Notes: a model not told the origin generated them from the letters alone. DNA of 63,339 nucleotides, filler included, from Octopus bimaculoides (GCF_001194135.2; 7 parts of 6 records of this genome joined end to end with filler, not necessarily neighbours in it); one strand, 5' to 3'. Positions 1-12,529 are shown, counted from the whole stretch's first letter. Made by a program: numbers and translations.

Positions 1-146
1 ATATATATATATATATATATATATATAGCAGAACCCAGCTATCACAGTATGTATATGTATGTGTGTGTACGTATGTATGCACACATGAAAATATGTGTAT
101 GCATGTATACGTGTAGGAAGGCATGTATATGTATTTTGCATGTATA

Positions 147-363
147 CAAGGGAGATCTGAAAAGTTCCTGGCTCTGGTTAAAAGAAAATACAGGAGGATC
201 TGTTAATTATGATTGTATTCAACATATTCTCCTCTCAGAATCATACACTTATTGCAACAGTCCTCCAGTTTTTCTAAGCCCTGTAAAAGAACACGGAAGG
301 TTCGGCTTCCAGCCAGGCCTTTCGCAATCCCTTTAAAGTTAGAAACTTTTCAGTAACCCGGCG
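147..363 (+). mobile_element. Mariner-derived MITE
   Basis: TA on both sides; imperfect TIRs CAAGGGAGATCTGAAAAGTTCCTGGCT and (reverse complement) CGCCGGGTTACTGAAAAGTTTCTAACT; no coding capacity. Confidence 0.7.
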
Positions 364-760
364 TATGCCTATGTGAATGTATGTACGTGTTTATGCTTGT
401 TTGTATCTGTATACGCATGTGTACGTGCATCTATGTGTATGCATTGTTGTACGTGTGTATGTATATGCATGTATGTAAATATATGTGTACATAGATATGT
501 ATGCGTATGTGTGTGTATTTACATATGGAGATTCTTTTATTTAATCTTCTATTCTGTTTTTTTTATTGTTTCATTCATTCGACTGACACCATAACAGAGC
601 ACCGTCCTCATTTATAATGGGATGTTGTCGATAATAAGTGGTCCCATACGAAATACACCATGCAGTCTGTCGGTAATTCAGGTCTTTTGAGCCGGATTCG
701 AAATGGTAGTAAATACATAGGCATATGTATACACGCATATGTATACACGCATATATAGAT

Positions 761-872
<112 letters not shown>

Positions 873-988
873 AAATCTACGTTGTAGGAAGCCAAGTATG
901 TCAAGTTTACCTCTTGTACTGTTGATTGAAAAAAAGCGATGTGACCAGCTGTAACCGATTTTCGACACTTATTGGTTTTTCATCTTAG

Positions 989-1223
989 GTGTCTATCACT
1001 TGACCAGTACCAGAGAAGTATGAAGCTAATCCGTCTAACACATCTAACACATCATAATTTCACAGAAGTGGGGCGACTATTTGGCATACTATGGGGTCCG
1101 GACAAAACCCACCTAGGACAAAAGCTATCTCTGGATTATGTGAATGAGAGGAAGCCCATGGAGGAATTTTTAAATGATGTAGGGCACACAGCATCAGGTT
1201 GTGGTAAAATGAACTTTAAATGA
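989..1223 (+). other. Candidate orphan coding exon, product unassigned
   Basis: Strong acceptor (ttattggtttttcatcttAG|G) followed by an open, non-repetitive frame CLSLDQYQRSMKLIRLTHLTHHNFTEVGRLFGILWGPDKTHLGQKLSLDYVNERKPMEEFLNDVGHTASG. No partner exons found. Confidence 0.3.
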
Positions 1224-1578
1224 CCCTCAACATTTAATGAGGTTTTCAATATTGTGTTTGTTTTCATTTTTCAAAAATACGGTATAATGTTCGTTTTATT
1301 ATGCTCACTTTTGTGATTGGGGTTATTATATAATTAAGGTAATATTTTACATCTCACAGAAGTGTTTATAAACATCAAATAATAAGGATAAAAATTATAA
1401 TTTAGAAATTGCTTGTTCTCTTTTTTTTTTTTTTTTTTTTTTGTTGTTGTCCTAGAGTGGTTTTGACTTCCACACAAAGACTATTAATAGGGTATCCCAA
1501 AATAATGTATACATACTTTAATAAGTAACTCACATTTCATTTTCTTTTAGATTTAACCCAGTAGAAATAATCAAGCGA

Positions 1579-2090
1579 GCCAAGCTAAGCTTTGAACAAA
1601 GGAAACTTTAAGTGCAATTGGAAGATTGATGACGCAGTCTATGTGCAAAGATAATTAAGGAAGGGAATTTTAAACAAATTAACCAACGCAGCTTACCATC
1701 ACGTATATTGGAGATATGCTTGAAGCGATGGAACTGTTCAGAATGTTCACAAGGAACGTTCCGGAAGTTTGCGGGCATGGATGCACCCCACAAAGCAAGA
1801 ACGCATGCTAGAGATTTATTGACAGAGCTCAAAAACATCTGTACTGCAAGCAAGTTGTGAGATAGGAATTTCAAAATCAAGCGTCCATCGCAATCTGAAG
1901 CGCTGTCATTGAAAAAGTTACATTTCAAGAATAGTCCATGCTCTCTATGAGAATGATTCGGACTGAAGAGTGGAATTTTGTGGGTGGTACTCGACCAGAT
2001 ATATACGCTTATGCGCACCCTCCAACAAAGATTGTTTGAAATGACGAGGCTACATTTAAATTAAATGGCTTAATTAACTGTCACAACGCA
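1579..2090 (+). mobile_element. Degenerate Tc1/mariner-superfamily transposase relic (DUF4817-type HTH plus first catalytic Asp)
   Basis: Across stops and frameshifts it reads AKLSFEQRK...GTVQNVHKERSG...EIGISKSSVHRNLK...SYISRIVHALYENDSD*RVEFCGW...DEATFKLNGLINCHN. Confidence 0.75.
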
Positions 2091-2189
2091 CCTGCTAGGG
2101 GCCTGATAATCTGTACACATATATTTACATACATGCATATACATACACACGTACAACAATGCATACACATACATACACGTACGCATGCG

Positions 2190-2781
2190 TATACAGATAC
2201 AAGAGGCAAAAAGACTATCCTTGCAGTGGAAACACTCCTTCTCGAAAGAAAGCCAAAGTCGTTTCATCTGCAGAGAAAGTGACGGCCTCAGTTTTTTGTG
2301 ATGCAAAAGGTATTGTGTTTATTGACTATCTTCAGAAGAACCACACCATGAATGGAGAGTACTATGCCAACTTGCTGAGGCAGTTACGAAAAGCTATGAA
2401 AACCAAATGTCCAGGAAAACTGGCGAAAGGGGACTTGTTTCATCGGGTTAATGCACCAGCGCACAAATCCTTCGTTTCAATGGCTGATGCGCGTGACTGT
2501 GGCTTTGAACTGGTTGATCATCCTTCCTGTCTCCTGATTTGGCCTCATCTCACTATCATGGATGGCAACCAGCGTCGCAGTGATGATGACGCTATATCTG
2601 ACGTTGATGACTTTTTGACCAACAGAATGATAGATTCTTCATCAATGGGATCCAAGCACTGCTACGCCGATGGAAGTAGTGAGTGGACCACCAGGGGGCT
2701 TACGTTGAAAAATAAACGCCATTGATCATTTGGTCACATTTCATGAGAGTATCTTGGTCAGCCCATGAACTTTTCAGCTGA
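2190..2781 (+). mobile_element. Mariner transposase 3' half with 3' TIR (degenerate)
   Basis: ORF 2159..2725 contains KAKVVSSAEKVTASVFCDAKGIVFIDYL...YYANLLRQLRKA...LFHRVNAPAHKS...FELVDHP (catalytic domain, second Asp decayed). Ends in the TIR-like GGTCAGCCCATGAACTTTTCAGC. Confidence 0.85.
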
Positions 2782-2800
2782 GAAGGTGGTATGTATATAT

Positions 2801-3720
2801 TGGAGATAGTATCAAAATGTTCCCGGAATAGTTCTGTAGCGCACCAACAGTTGGCAGCAGACGGTTGCGTGCGTAGTGAGAGATAGCAGTGACCTTCATG
2901 AAGCAGTGTGTCGAGCGACGTCACTGTGATTACTTCGCAGCTTGTAAAATTTGTATTCTGTGGTCACGTGTGTGTTGTACTCTGCGATTTTGTCATGGAC
3001 AGGAATAAAGAGCCAACGTGAAATTTTGCGTTAAACTTTCGAAGTCTGCTACAGAGACATTGAGCATGCTTCGGCAAGCTTTCGGTAACGAGGTAATGAG
3101 TCGTACGCAGTGTTTCGAGTGGCACTGCACTTCAAAAGCGGAAGAACATTCCTGGAAGACGATGAGTGATCTGGAGGACCTGCCACGAGCATCACCGCCA
3201 GAAATGTGGTATTGTACATCGAGAATTCGTCCTCCAGATCCAGACCGTCAATTGGGGGTTCTACTGCGACGTTTTGAAGAATTTGAGGGAGGACATTCGG
3301 CGAAAGCGACCAGATTGGTGGAGCCCGAAGAACTAGATTCTTCACGACGACAATGCACCCTGTCACTGAGCTCCCATCACTCATGAGTTTCTCGCCAAAA
3401 ACAACATGGCATCACTTCCGCATCCGTCCTATTCGCTAAATTTAGCACATGCAGACTTCCATCTCTTGCCCAAAATGAAGATGTAGCTCAAAGGTTGCCG
3501 TTTTAACGCCGTTGTCGAGATCCAAAGCGAATCGCAAAAAGTCATCGACACGCTTATGGAAAGCAGCTTCCAGGCCGGATTCCAAAAGTAGCAGGAACGC
3601 TTAGACCGGTGTATTGCTGCGCAAGATGATTATTTCGAACGAGGTGATGCTAAAACTTAGGTAAAAAAGTTATTTTTCATTAAACACAACTAGCCCAGAA
3701 ACCTTTTGATACCAACTCGC
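2801..3720 (+). mobile_element. Internally deleted mariner element (second family)
   Basis: Imperfect TIRs (GATAGTATCAAAATGTTCCCGGAATAGTT / rc GAGTTGGTATCAAAAGGTTTCTGGGCTAGTT). N-terminal HTH KFCVKLSKSATETLSMLRQAFGNEVMSRTQCFEW; C-terminal HPSYSLNLAHADFHLLPKMK, a YSPDLAP-like motif. Confidence 0.85.
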
Positions 3721-3727
3721 ATACATA

Positions 3728-3770
<43 letters not shown>

Positions 3771-4322
3771 CGTTAGCTATGAAACATATGTAGCCTGTTT
3801 TTTTACCTACTCCATTCCCTAATTTTTGGATACTTTTTCGCATATACAGCGACCCCAGTTGTTAACCGTGAACTATAATTAAACTTTTTTCAGCTTATCT
3901 GACTTCGATGGGGGAAAAATTCACAACCTTCTGCGCCAATAAACCACTATTGTTCTAGAAAGTTGTTTTTTAATATCTTCTACAGATTGCCTGAAGCTTA
4001 CTAACTTCCTACACCTTGGTCCTTGGATCTTACCCATATATATGTGTGTGTGCACGCGTATANNNNNNNNNNNNNNNNNNNNNNNNNNNNNNNNNNNNNN
4101 NNNNNNNNNNNNNNNNNNNNNNNNNNNNNNNNNNNNNNNNNNNNNNNNNNNNNNNNNNNNNNNNNNNNNNNNNNNNNNNNNNNNNNNNNNNNNNNNNNNN
4201 NNNNNNNNNNNNNNNNNNNNNNNNNNNNNNNNNNNNNNNNNNNNNNNNNNNNNNNNNNNNNNNNNNNNNNNNNNNNNNNNNNNNNNNNNNNNNNNNNNNN
4301 NNNNNNNNNNNNNNNNNNNNNN

Positions 4323-4470
4323 ATATATACGTATATCCGTCTACCAAATCCACTCACAAGGCTTTGGTTGGCCCGAGGCTATAGTAGAAGACACTTCCCC
4401 AAAGTGCCACGCAGTGTGACTGAACCCGGAACCATGTGGTTGGAAAGCAAGCTACTTATCACACAGCCAC
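4323..4470 (-). mobile_element. tRNA-derived SINE, family A (5' half)
   Basis: Reverse complement of GTGGCTGTG..AAGTAGCTTGCT..CAACCACATGGTTCCGGGTTCAGT...GGCAC..GGG.AAGTGTCTTCTACTATAGCCTCGGGCC.ACCAAAGCC; homologous to 57745-58165. Confidence 0.85.
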
Positions 4471-4516
4471 TGTATGTATGTATCTATGTATGTATGTATG
4501 TATGTATGTATGTATG

Positions 4517-4548
<32 letters not shown>

Positions 4549-5229
4549 AATGAATGTATGCGTGCAGGTATGCATAAACTCTTATACTTGAATGCATTGA
4601 CATACGTGTGAGCTTTTATATAAGGAATTACCTGTATATAATGTGTATACATGAATTCATACGTATAGTCGTGACAGAGAAATGTTTGAAGGTATATGTG
4701 TATTTGTCTGTAAGTGTATTTCTCAATGTATGTATATGTGCGTTTGTACGTGTATGCACATAATAAACGACAAAATTTCAAATCAAAACAACAAAACAGA
4801 ACAAAATCAATAGATATGGAAGTTCCATACTTATATGTTTTATACTCAAAATTATATTTAAGAAGAAATTAAACGGAATGTGGAACAAATCAATGCAGTA
4901 AAACAATAACATACGACTAACATTGCGTCTTCTTCAAATGTAGGCGAAAATTTCTTTCTACATTTACATTATCACTACGTAAATTAACACCGGTCAAACT
5001 TCTACAACTTGAAGTAAAAACTGATTATGCAGTTTACAAATTGAAGACTAAATCAGTACAATACTTTAATATATATATGTAAAGATAATATGATATTGAC
5101 GTTGGTTGACTGAACCCGGAACCATGTGGTTGGAAAGCAAGCTACTTATCACACAGCCACTGTATGTATGTATGTATGTATGTATGTAAGAAGGATGTAG
5201 CTGTCTAAAACCGACATCTGTACGTTTCT

Positions 5230-5248
5230 AATAATAATAATAATAATG

Positions 5249-5306
<58 letters not shown>

Positions 5307-5317
5307 TAATAATAATA

Positions 5318-5348
<31 letters not shown>

Positions 5349-5368
5349 TAACAATAACAACAACAACC

Positions 5369-5427
<59 letters not shown>

Positions 5428-5648
5428 TTCTGCTATAGGTACAAGGCCTAAAAATTTGTAAGAAGCGGATAAGTCGATCACATTGATCCCAGTACTTGAC
5501 TGGTACTTAGTTTATCGACCACAAAAGGATGAAAGGAAAAGCCGACCTCGGCGGAATTTGAACTCTGATCGGGAAAACGAACGAAATGCTGCTAAGCACT
5601 TCGGCCGGTGTACTGACGATTCTGCCAGGTCAACGCCTTAATATAAAT

Positions 5649-5744
<96 letters not shown>

Positions 5745-5848
5745 GATGATGATGATGATGAAGATGATGATAATGATGACGACGACCACGATGACGACAA
5801 CAACAACAACAACAACAATAATAATTATTATTATTACTATTACTATAA
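5230..5848. repeat. Two compound trinucleotide arrays (AAT/GAT/GAC/AAC/ATT) flanking a SINE
   Basis: Arrays at 5230-5427 and about 5651-5848, read directly. Confidence 0.95.
5428..5640 (-). mobile_element. tRNA-derived SINE, family B, embedded in (AAT)n
   Basis: Reverse complement has an A-box-like TGGCAGAATCG and B-box GTTCAAATTCC, then the body GCCGAGGTCG..TTT.CCTTTCATCCTTT..GGTCGATAAA.TAAGTACCAG. AAT arrays on both sides. Confidence 0.85.
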
Positions 5849-7123
5849 GCTTTAGTGGCATGAATACCAAAATTCCAGCGTGATGGAATTTAAAACCAGA
5901 ACTTAAAGCAATGTAACTAAACATTGCAAGGTATTTTATTTGACACTCTGCGAGGTCTGTTAGTTTATAGTTTCTTTAGAAGAATAACGGGAGAAATATA
6001 ATAAAATAGACAAGGCAGTAAATATCCATGTAAATTTTACCTAAAGATAATTATAACTAATGGCATCTACACAAAGAAATTTGTAAGATCTGAGTTTGAT
6101 ATTTTACTAGTAGATATTTTACTCCACCCTTTCAATATATATAAGGGGAATAGGGGGAACGGGTGTGACACGAGCCTTCTCGTTCGTTAAGTTGGAGCTT
6201 CTCCCCGTTTCCATTGACGTGTAGGCGACTGATATTACCCTTCCTCATAGTGAATGGGATGCCACCCTCAGAGGTACTCATTTTTAGCGGTGTAGACTGG
6301 AGTGACATGAAATGTAGTGTTTTTCTGATGAACGTAACGCAATGCTCGGCTTGGGATTCAAAACGATGAGCAAATGATGATGAGTCCAACATTCTTCACT
6401 TTTTGCCCAGACACCTTCGCTATATATACGGTACCTGCATGCATACAAATATATGTACATATATTCATTCATATGTGTACGTGTGTGTGCGTGAGTGTGC
6501 GCACATGCGCGTGTGCGTATGCACGTATGTATGTGGGTGTATATATGTATATATATATATATATATGTATGTATGCATGTATGTATTAACCATAATAATT
6601 ATTCCCGATGAATCCTAGCATATCAGCTAAATGTCGCCACTTTGATGATAATTTAATTAAAAGGATTAAGATTAATATTCTAAAAGTGTGCAGTTTCTAA
6701 ATGAAGAGCGAATCTCAAAATATGTAGCCGCAATTTGTAACTTATACGAGGGCAAGAAAGGACAGAGTATATATTATAATAAAGAAAAAAAATATTAATA
6801 TATAATATTTGATATTCTAGAATTTTAAAATTTGTGATAGCATACAAAGTATTTGTGGTAGCTTTTCTTATACTATTTCCAGACGATAGTACTAAAAATA
6901 CTTTTGAACTTGGCAACGAAATTATTAGCACAGCAATAGCTCATTTTTAAAAATCGTTTCAAGTTCATCTTTGCTTGCAAAATGAATATACAAATTCATT
7001 CGTAATTTCACCTACAAAGAAACCTGATGTTAGACATTTACAATATAGGGAACTTTTATCCTAGTCCGTCTTTGATTCTATTCCCTCTCTATCTATCCAT
7101 CTTTCTTTCTCTTCCTCTCTTTC

Positions 7124-7193
<70 letters not shown>

Positions 7194-7737
7194 CCTCTCT
7201 TTCTTTCTCTCCTAGACACATACATGTATGTGTGTGTATACATGTATATATAAAACAAGTATAAGCTTAATCAAGCAATGAAATTGTATAAATTAGATAA
7301 ATCAGTTAAGAGCTGATATTCTAAATGCTGTATACAAAATTTTTTAATTAATTTTTTTTTCTCATAATTGTAGAAAAAGTTATTAGCGACTAATACAAGT
7401 GGAGATAATTTCAATAAATTAAGAATTAATCTAGCAAGTTAGTTTACATGTTTAGTGAAAAGATAGTCTAACTTTTCTTTGCAAGAGATAACTATTGACA
7501 TATGCTTCGGTCTTTTTTGTCTCATCAATACTGTTGGCATAGTATGCTAAAAGCCTTCTTTATCAGTTAGAAAAGATTTTCAGAAATGGCATGAGACATA
7601 CGCGAATTTCTTAGCTAGTTGTAATTTGCATAACTAATAAAGAAGCTAATGGAAATAAGTCAAAATGATCGGCAATGGTATGAATTTGGAGAAGTCACAC
7701 GCACTTATTCACACGCACGCACACACACACACACACA

Positions 7738-7831
<94 letters not shown>

Positions 7832-8419
7832 CGTACACATATTAAATAAAATGTACGTTGTGAATGCATACATCCATGTGCATTTAATCTTATCGGCAAT
7901 GTCTTACGTCTCGCAGTCAATTAATATACGGCAGAGTTAGTGTTTAGAAAGAAAAGAAGAAGAAACAGACTTATGAATAGTTTTAGCGTGTAAACTGAAG
8001 ATTATTCATGGAAAACTCTTTACACAAAGAAAGATTTTTACTAAAAATTGCCCTACAGTGTGGAGTGGGTGGATAATTTGTTAGCTTTTTTTTTTTCACA
8101 AAGAAGAGCTTGTCATTGAAATATACTCTGTAGGGAGCAAGGGGACGATAGACGGGGAAAAAATTTCATTGAAGATTAGTCTGCAAGTAGCTACGAAACG
8201 GATGAGACACATATTAAGTTCATACAGAATAAAATATTGGGTAACATAAGCCGTTCTTTTGAAAGAAAATAAATCCAGATTAGAAACACGATAGGATTAC
8301 GATCAGATGATGCCTTATTTATCTTAAAACTGCAATCTGAATTCTACACCGTTATTTTCACAAAAATGGTGAGCATGAAATTAGAACGCGTTTTTCTTCT
8401 TTTGTTTTTCTGTCGTAAT

Positions 8420-8453
8420 TTTATTATATTTTTATCTAAATTTTTATTTTATT
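8420..8453 (-). promoter_or_regulatory. Candidate polyadenylation signals of the lipase gene
   Basis: Three AATAAA hexamers on the minus strand (TTTATT at 8420-8425, 8443-8448, 8448-8453), about 215-245 nt after the stop. The background is AT-rich, so support is weak. Confidence 0.35.
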
Positions 8454-8665
8454 CTATTTTTTTAAAACTTATATTTTCGATGTAAAAACAAAAAGAATAT
8501 TGGTTTGTCTTTGTTGTCTTAGTAGCCACCATAAGTGTGACTCGGACAGAAGTTGGCAGGAGCAAAAGCCACGTCAGAGAAGAGAAAGAAGGAGAGTCGC
8601 ACACACAAACATATATTAAATGTTGGTTGGTTCTATTATATCACAGACTACTTGTTCAGACATCT

Positions 8666-8750
8666 TCACGTACAAGTATTGATGAAATTGTTTTGTTGGA
8701 ATTTGTAAATGTGGCCCTTCACAATAGTAGCTTTTTCGCATGACTGAAAC
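8666..8750 (-). CDS. Lipase terminal coding exon
   Basis: Acceptor tatatttcAG (8752-8751), phase 2: (K)FQSCEKATIVKGHIYKFQQNNFINTCT-TGA (stop 8668-8666). Keeps the C-terminal Cys pair seen in pancreatic lipases (F-x-x-C ... C at the end). The frame differs from the listed ORF 8616..8843. Confidence 0.85.
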
Positions 8751-10327
8751 CTGAAATATACAAAGTAATAGAGAATGTAAGAAAAAATAAGCGAAGAGAA
8801 TATTATTAGTCAGGCTATTCACCTTAATTTTTAGTGTGTTCATTTACAATATTTATATCTTCACTGATTATAGATTGGTTCCATCCCAACTGTTATCCAG
8901 TGTCTTATTTGTATATGTTTATAGTAGAAGACTGGATTCGATTCAGGAACCCTTAGCCAAAAACTAAGAATAGTAACGCTAGTTTATTAGTAGTTAAACT
9001 AGTAGCTTAGTATATAAAAACGTTAATATATTTAAACTAAAATAAAGGTTACAAGCCAAAGGACAGACACATGGTAACAACTAGACACCAAACCACACTA
9101 AACGTAGTGTACATATAAATGTAAATACGTACAAATTAATCTTAACGGTTAATAGTCCGGTTTATCAGGCATTTAAAGAGTTAAATAAATCGATGACTGA
9201 CGGAAATGATATAATTGCGCGTCCTCTCATTCGTTGGATAAATGAGGCGCAGTTAAAGACTGTCTTCTCATGAATTGTATATCTAAGGACAAAATATTGG
9301 GTTCAGATGAAACTGGTGGTGGTTTGTCGTATTGAGGAGGAAGAGTAGGAGTGTTTTAAAGCTTCAAGAAGAGCTTTTCATTGAAATTTAACACACACAT
9401 TACTTTTGCCCAAGAATGGGTTATGCATTATGATATTTTGCTTAGGCCTCTCGCGTGGACGTATATGGACATAGTCTTTTGTATGTAGGATCTATTCTTT
9501 TTTAATATTTTTGTAAAAGTGAAAGGATTTTGTCTAGCTATTTATTTCGACTGTCTAACTGCGACGGTAATTAAATTGACTAACAACACTGTACGCGATG
9601 AATATCCAATTTTAATCTCCATATTTAAACTGCATTAAACTGCATTAAACAGTTTGGTGGACTCGACGTCTCTCCAAGATGTCCATATATACAAGATAGG
9701 ACAACGCAGGATAATGGAAGCCAACGAAATATTCCTTCATTTAAAACAGTTCAGTGACTGCTGATAGAAGCATTACATGTCAATGATGTCGCTGGGGTCT
9801 TTTTATCGGTGGTGGTGGTGCTGCTGCTGCTGGTTTTTGGCAAGTCTTATATCACCTTTGATCTCACATACTTTGTAACCATTACATAATTCTAAGAAGT
9901 ATTTATGGCCACAATATTTAACACTATTTTTTAAAATCTTTCGTGAAGACAGCAGAATGTGATCTGTAGGGAGTTTGACTGTTATTTCTTGTAGGTCGTG
10001 AAACCACGTAGTGCAGTATTTTCATAGTGTTGATAAGCAGGCAGAATTGTGAGGATTGAATAAAGGAGAAAAATGGCTACGTTACATAAAGTTATGATGA
10101 TTATAAACTTTTAAATTTGTCCAACACAATTGCGATGGAAGACGAGTTACACTGTTTTGTTTTCTTATTATTAAAAAGCAAAGGAACAGAACACTGTCAC
10201 TAATTTTGTTTAAACAGCGGCTGATATTTGCTAGTTTTAGAAGTACTGGCGTCGAGGTTTCCTCTTTTGTTCCGCATACATAAAAACATACGTACATACA
10301 TTCGTATGTACATATATACATACACGT

Positions 10328-10636
10328 GAAGGCGCATGACTCAATAGTTAGAGCATTGGGCTCACAATCATGTGGTAGTGAGTTCCATTCCTGACCAAGC
10401 GGTGTGTTATGTTCTTGAGCAAGACACTTTATTCCACGTTGCTTCAGTTCACTTAGCTGTAGAAATGAGTTGCGACGTTACCAGTGCAAAGCTGTATCGG
10501 CCTTTGCCTTTCCCTTGGAGAGCATCAGTGGCGTAGAGAGGGGAGGCTGGTGTGCATTGGCGACTGCTGGTCTTCTATAAACAACCTTGCCCGGACTTGT
10601 GCCTCGGAGAGTAACTTTCTAAGTGCAATCCCATGA
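10328..10636 (+). mobile_element. tRNA-derived SINE, family C
   Basis: Head GGCGCATGACTCAATAGTTAGAGC...GAGTTCCATTCC, core GCAAGACACTTTATTCCACGTTGCTTCAGTTCACTTAGCTGTAGAAATGAGT, ATAC-repeat tail. Related core pieces at about 6270-6390 and 14285-14530 on the minus strand. Confidence 0.8.
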
Positions 10637-10685
10637 TCAAAGATACATGCATGCATACATACATACATACATACAGACATAGTAT

Positions 10686-11095
10686 GGCAGAAGCCATAAC
10701 CATTCATAATAAAAAAGAGTACTGGTGGAATGTCCCAGTAACAACCTCAATAAAATGTAAGCCCAACAGACCTGATATAATAATTTGGGATAGAGAAGAG
10801 AAACTACAATTGTGGAAATTAGCTGCCAGCGAATGTTAATATACAGTTTAAAATCAGTGGAAAAGAGAACACCTATGCTGAACTATTAAGAAATCTGTAG
10901 TTACTCTATCCAGATTACAAGTTCAGGTTTATACTTGTAATTATTGTGTCCTGAGATATGTAACACACTGCCTAAATACCAATCTTGAGAAATTAGGCTT
11001 ATCAAAACCAGAAAGGAGAAAGTTAATTTGAAGACTACAAATCCAATCCAGCACTGGAACTGTAAAAGTCTGTTAAATTTTCCAGAAGTAAATCT
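10686..11095 (+). mobile_element. Non-LTR retrotransposon 3' fragment with restriction-like endonuclease (R4/NeSL-type)
   Basis: KEYWWNVPVTTSIKCKPNRPDIIIWDREEK (RPD motif), then with frameshifts TYAELLRNL*LLYPDYKF and RLQIQS.TGTVKV. Confidence 0.8.
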
Positions 11096-11405
11096 TTTAA
11101 ATATATATGAACACATCTCGATATGCATGAGAATACATTCAAAAATCTATACATATACATACATACAAACAAATATCAGTTAGTATAGAAGAAGAAGGAA
11201 ATAAAAAACATAACTAAAGTTTCGAAGTAAGGAATTTCACCAATGGGAGTCGAAGATGCAAACAGGGAAAAATTTTCGGTGATTCACTTCACAATACAAA
11301 CCTTGCACCAAGAGCAACAAAATGAACGTAAATACAATTGAATGTATTTGGGAATATCAGATGTAAACGTTGAGACCAAAGAACTAGAAATAGAGAATAA
11401 CTTAC

Positions 11406-11588
11406 TTAGTGTGGTATGACAATCCCATCACCGACACACCGTGTACCTCTATATTATACCGGAACAAGAAGAAACCAAATCTGGTAGGCGGTCTGTATAG
11501 TATGTGAACCTCCACGATTTCTCCTAAGTCTTGAGGGGTAAGGACGACAACGCTTGATCTATAACGACCGGAATGACTGTTTGGCTGG
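11406..11588 (-). CDS. Lipase exon, core of the PLAT/LH2 domain
   Basis: Acceptor atattttcAG, donor GTAAG (11405-11401). 183 nt, phase 2-2: QPNSHSGRYRSSVVVLTPQDLGEIVEVHILYRPPTRFGFFLFRYNIEVHGVSVMGLSYHT(K). DLGEIVEVHILY matches the PLAT D-[VL]-G-[DE]-[IL]-x-x-V motif. This frame is absent from the ORF track. Confidence 0.9.
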
Positions 11589-11657
11589 CTGAAAATATTT
11601 GAAAAGGTATATTTGACAGGCGGTGGAAGAATGTATTAATCGTGATGCATTCACACA

Positions 11658-11707
<50 letters not shown>

Positions 11708-12529
11708 TACACACACACACACATACAGACCAGGTGTGATGGATAATTAACTATAAAATTCAGACAACATATATGTATCCACATATTTTACATATATACA
11801 TACACGCGCGCGCACACACTCACACCTAAAAATATAGATGAATGACGATGGAAAATTAAGTAAATCATGGTATACATGNNNNNNNNNNNNNNNNNNNNNN
11901 NNNNNNNNNNNNNNNNNNNNNNNNNNNNNNNNNNNNNNNNNNNNNNNNNNNNNNNNNNNNNNNNNNNNNNNNNNNNNNNNNNNNNNNNNNNNNNNNNNNN
12001 NNNNNNNNNNNNNNNNNNNNNNNNNNNNNNNNNNNNNNNNNNNNNNNNNNNNNNNNNNNNNNNNNNNNNNNNNNNNNNNNNNNNNNNNNNNNNNNNNNNN
12101 NNNNNNNNNNNNNNNNNNNNNNNNNNNNNNNNNNNNNNNNNNNNNNNNNNNNNNNNNNNNNNNNNNNNNNNNNNNNNNNNNNNNNNNNNNNNNNNNNNNN
12201 NNNNNNNNNNNNNNNNNNNNNNNNNNNNNNNNNNNNNNNNNNNNNNNNNNNNNNNNNNNNNNNNNNNNNNNNNNNNNNNNNNNNNNNNNNNNNNNNNNNN
12301 NNNNNNNNNNNNNNNNNNNNNNNNNNNNNNNNNNNNNNNNNNNNNNNNNNNNNNNNNNNNNNNNNNNNNTGTATGTAGGATCTTCTATTCGTTTTAAATC
12401 TTTTTGTAAAAGTGAAAGGATTTTGTCTAGCTATTTATTTCGACTGTCTAACTGCGACGGTAATTAAATTGACTAACAACACTGTACGCGATGAATATCC
12501 AATTTTAATCTCCGTATTTAAACTGCATT

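Noticed and set aside
8616-8843. Listed ORF ending VSVMRKSYYCEGPHLQIP...
   Set aside because: Wrong frame; the phase-2 junction with the upstream exon selects KFQSCEKA...TCT*.
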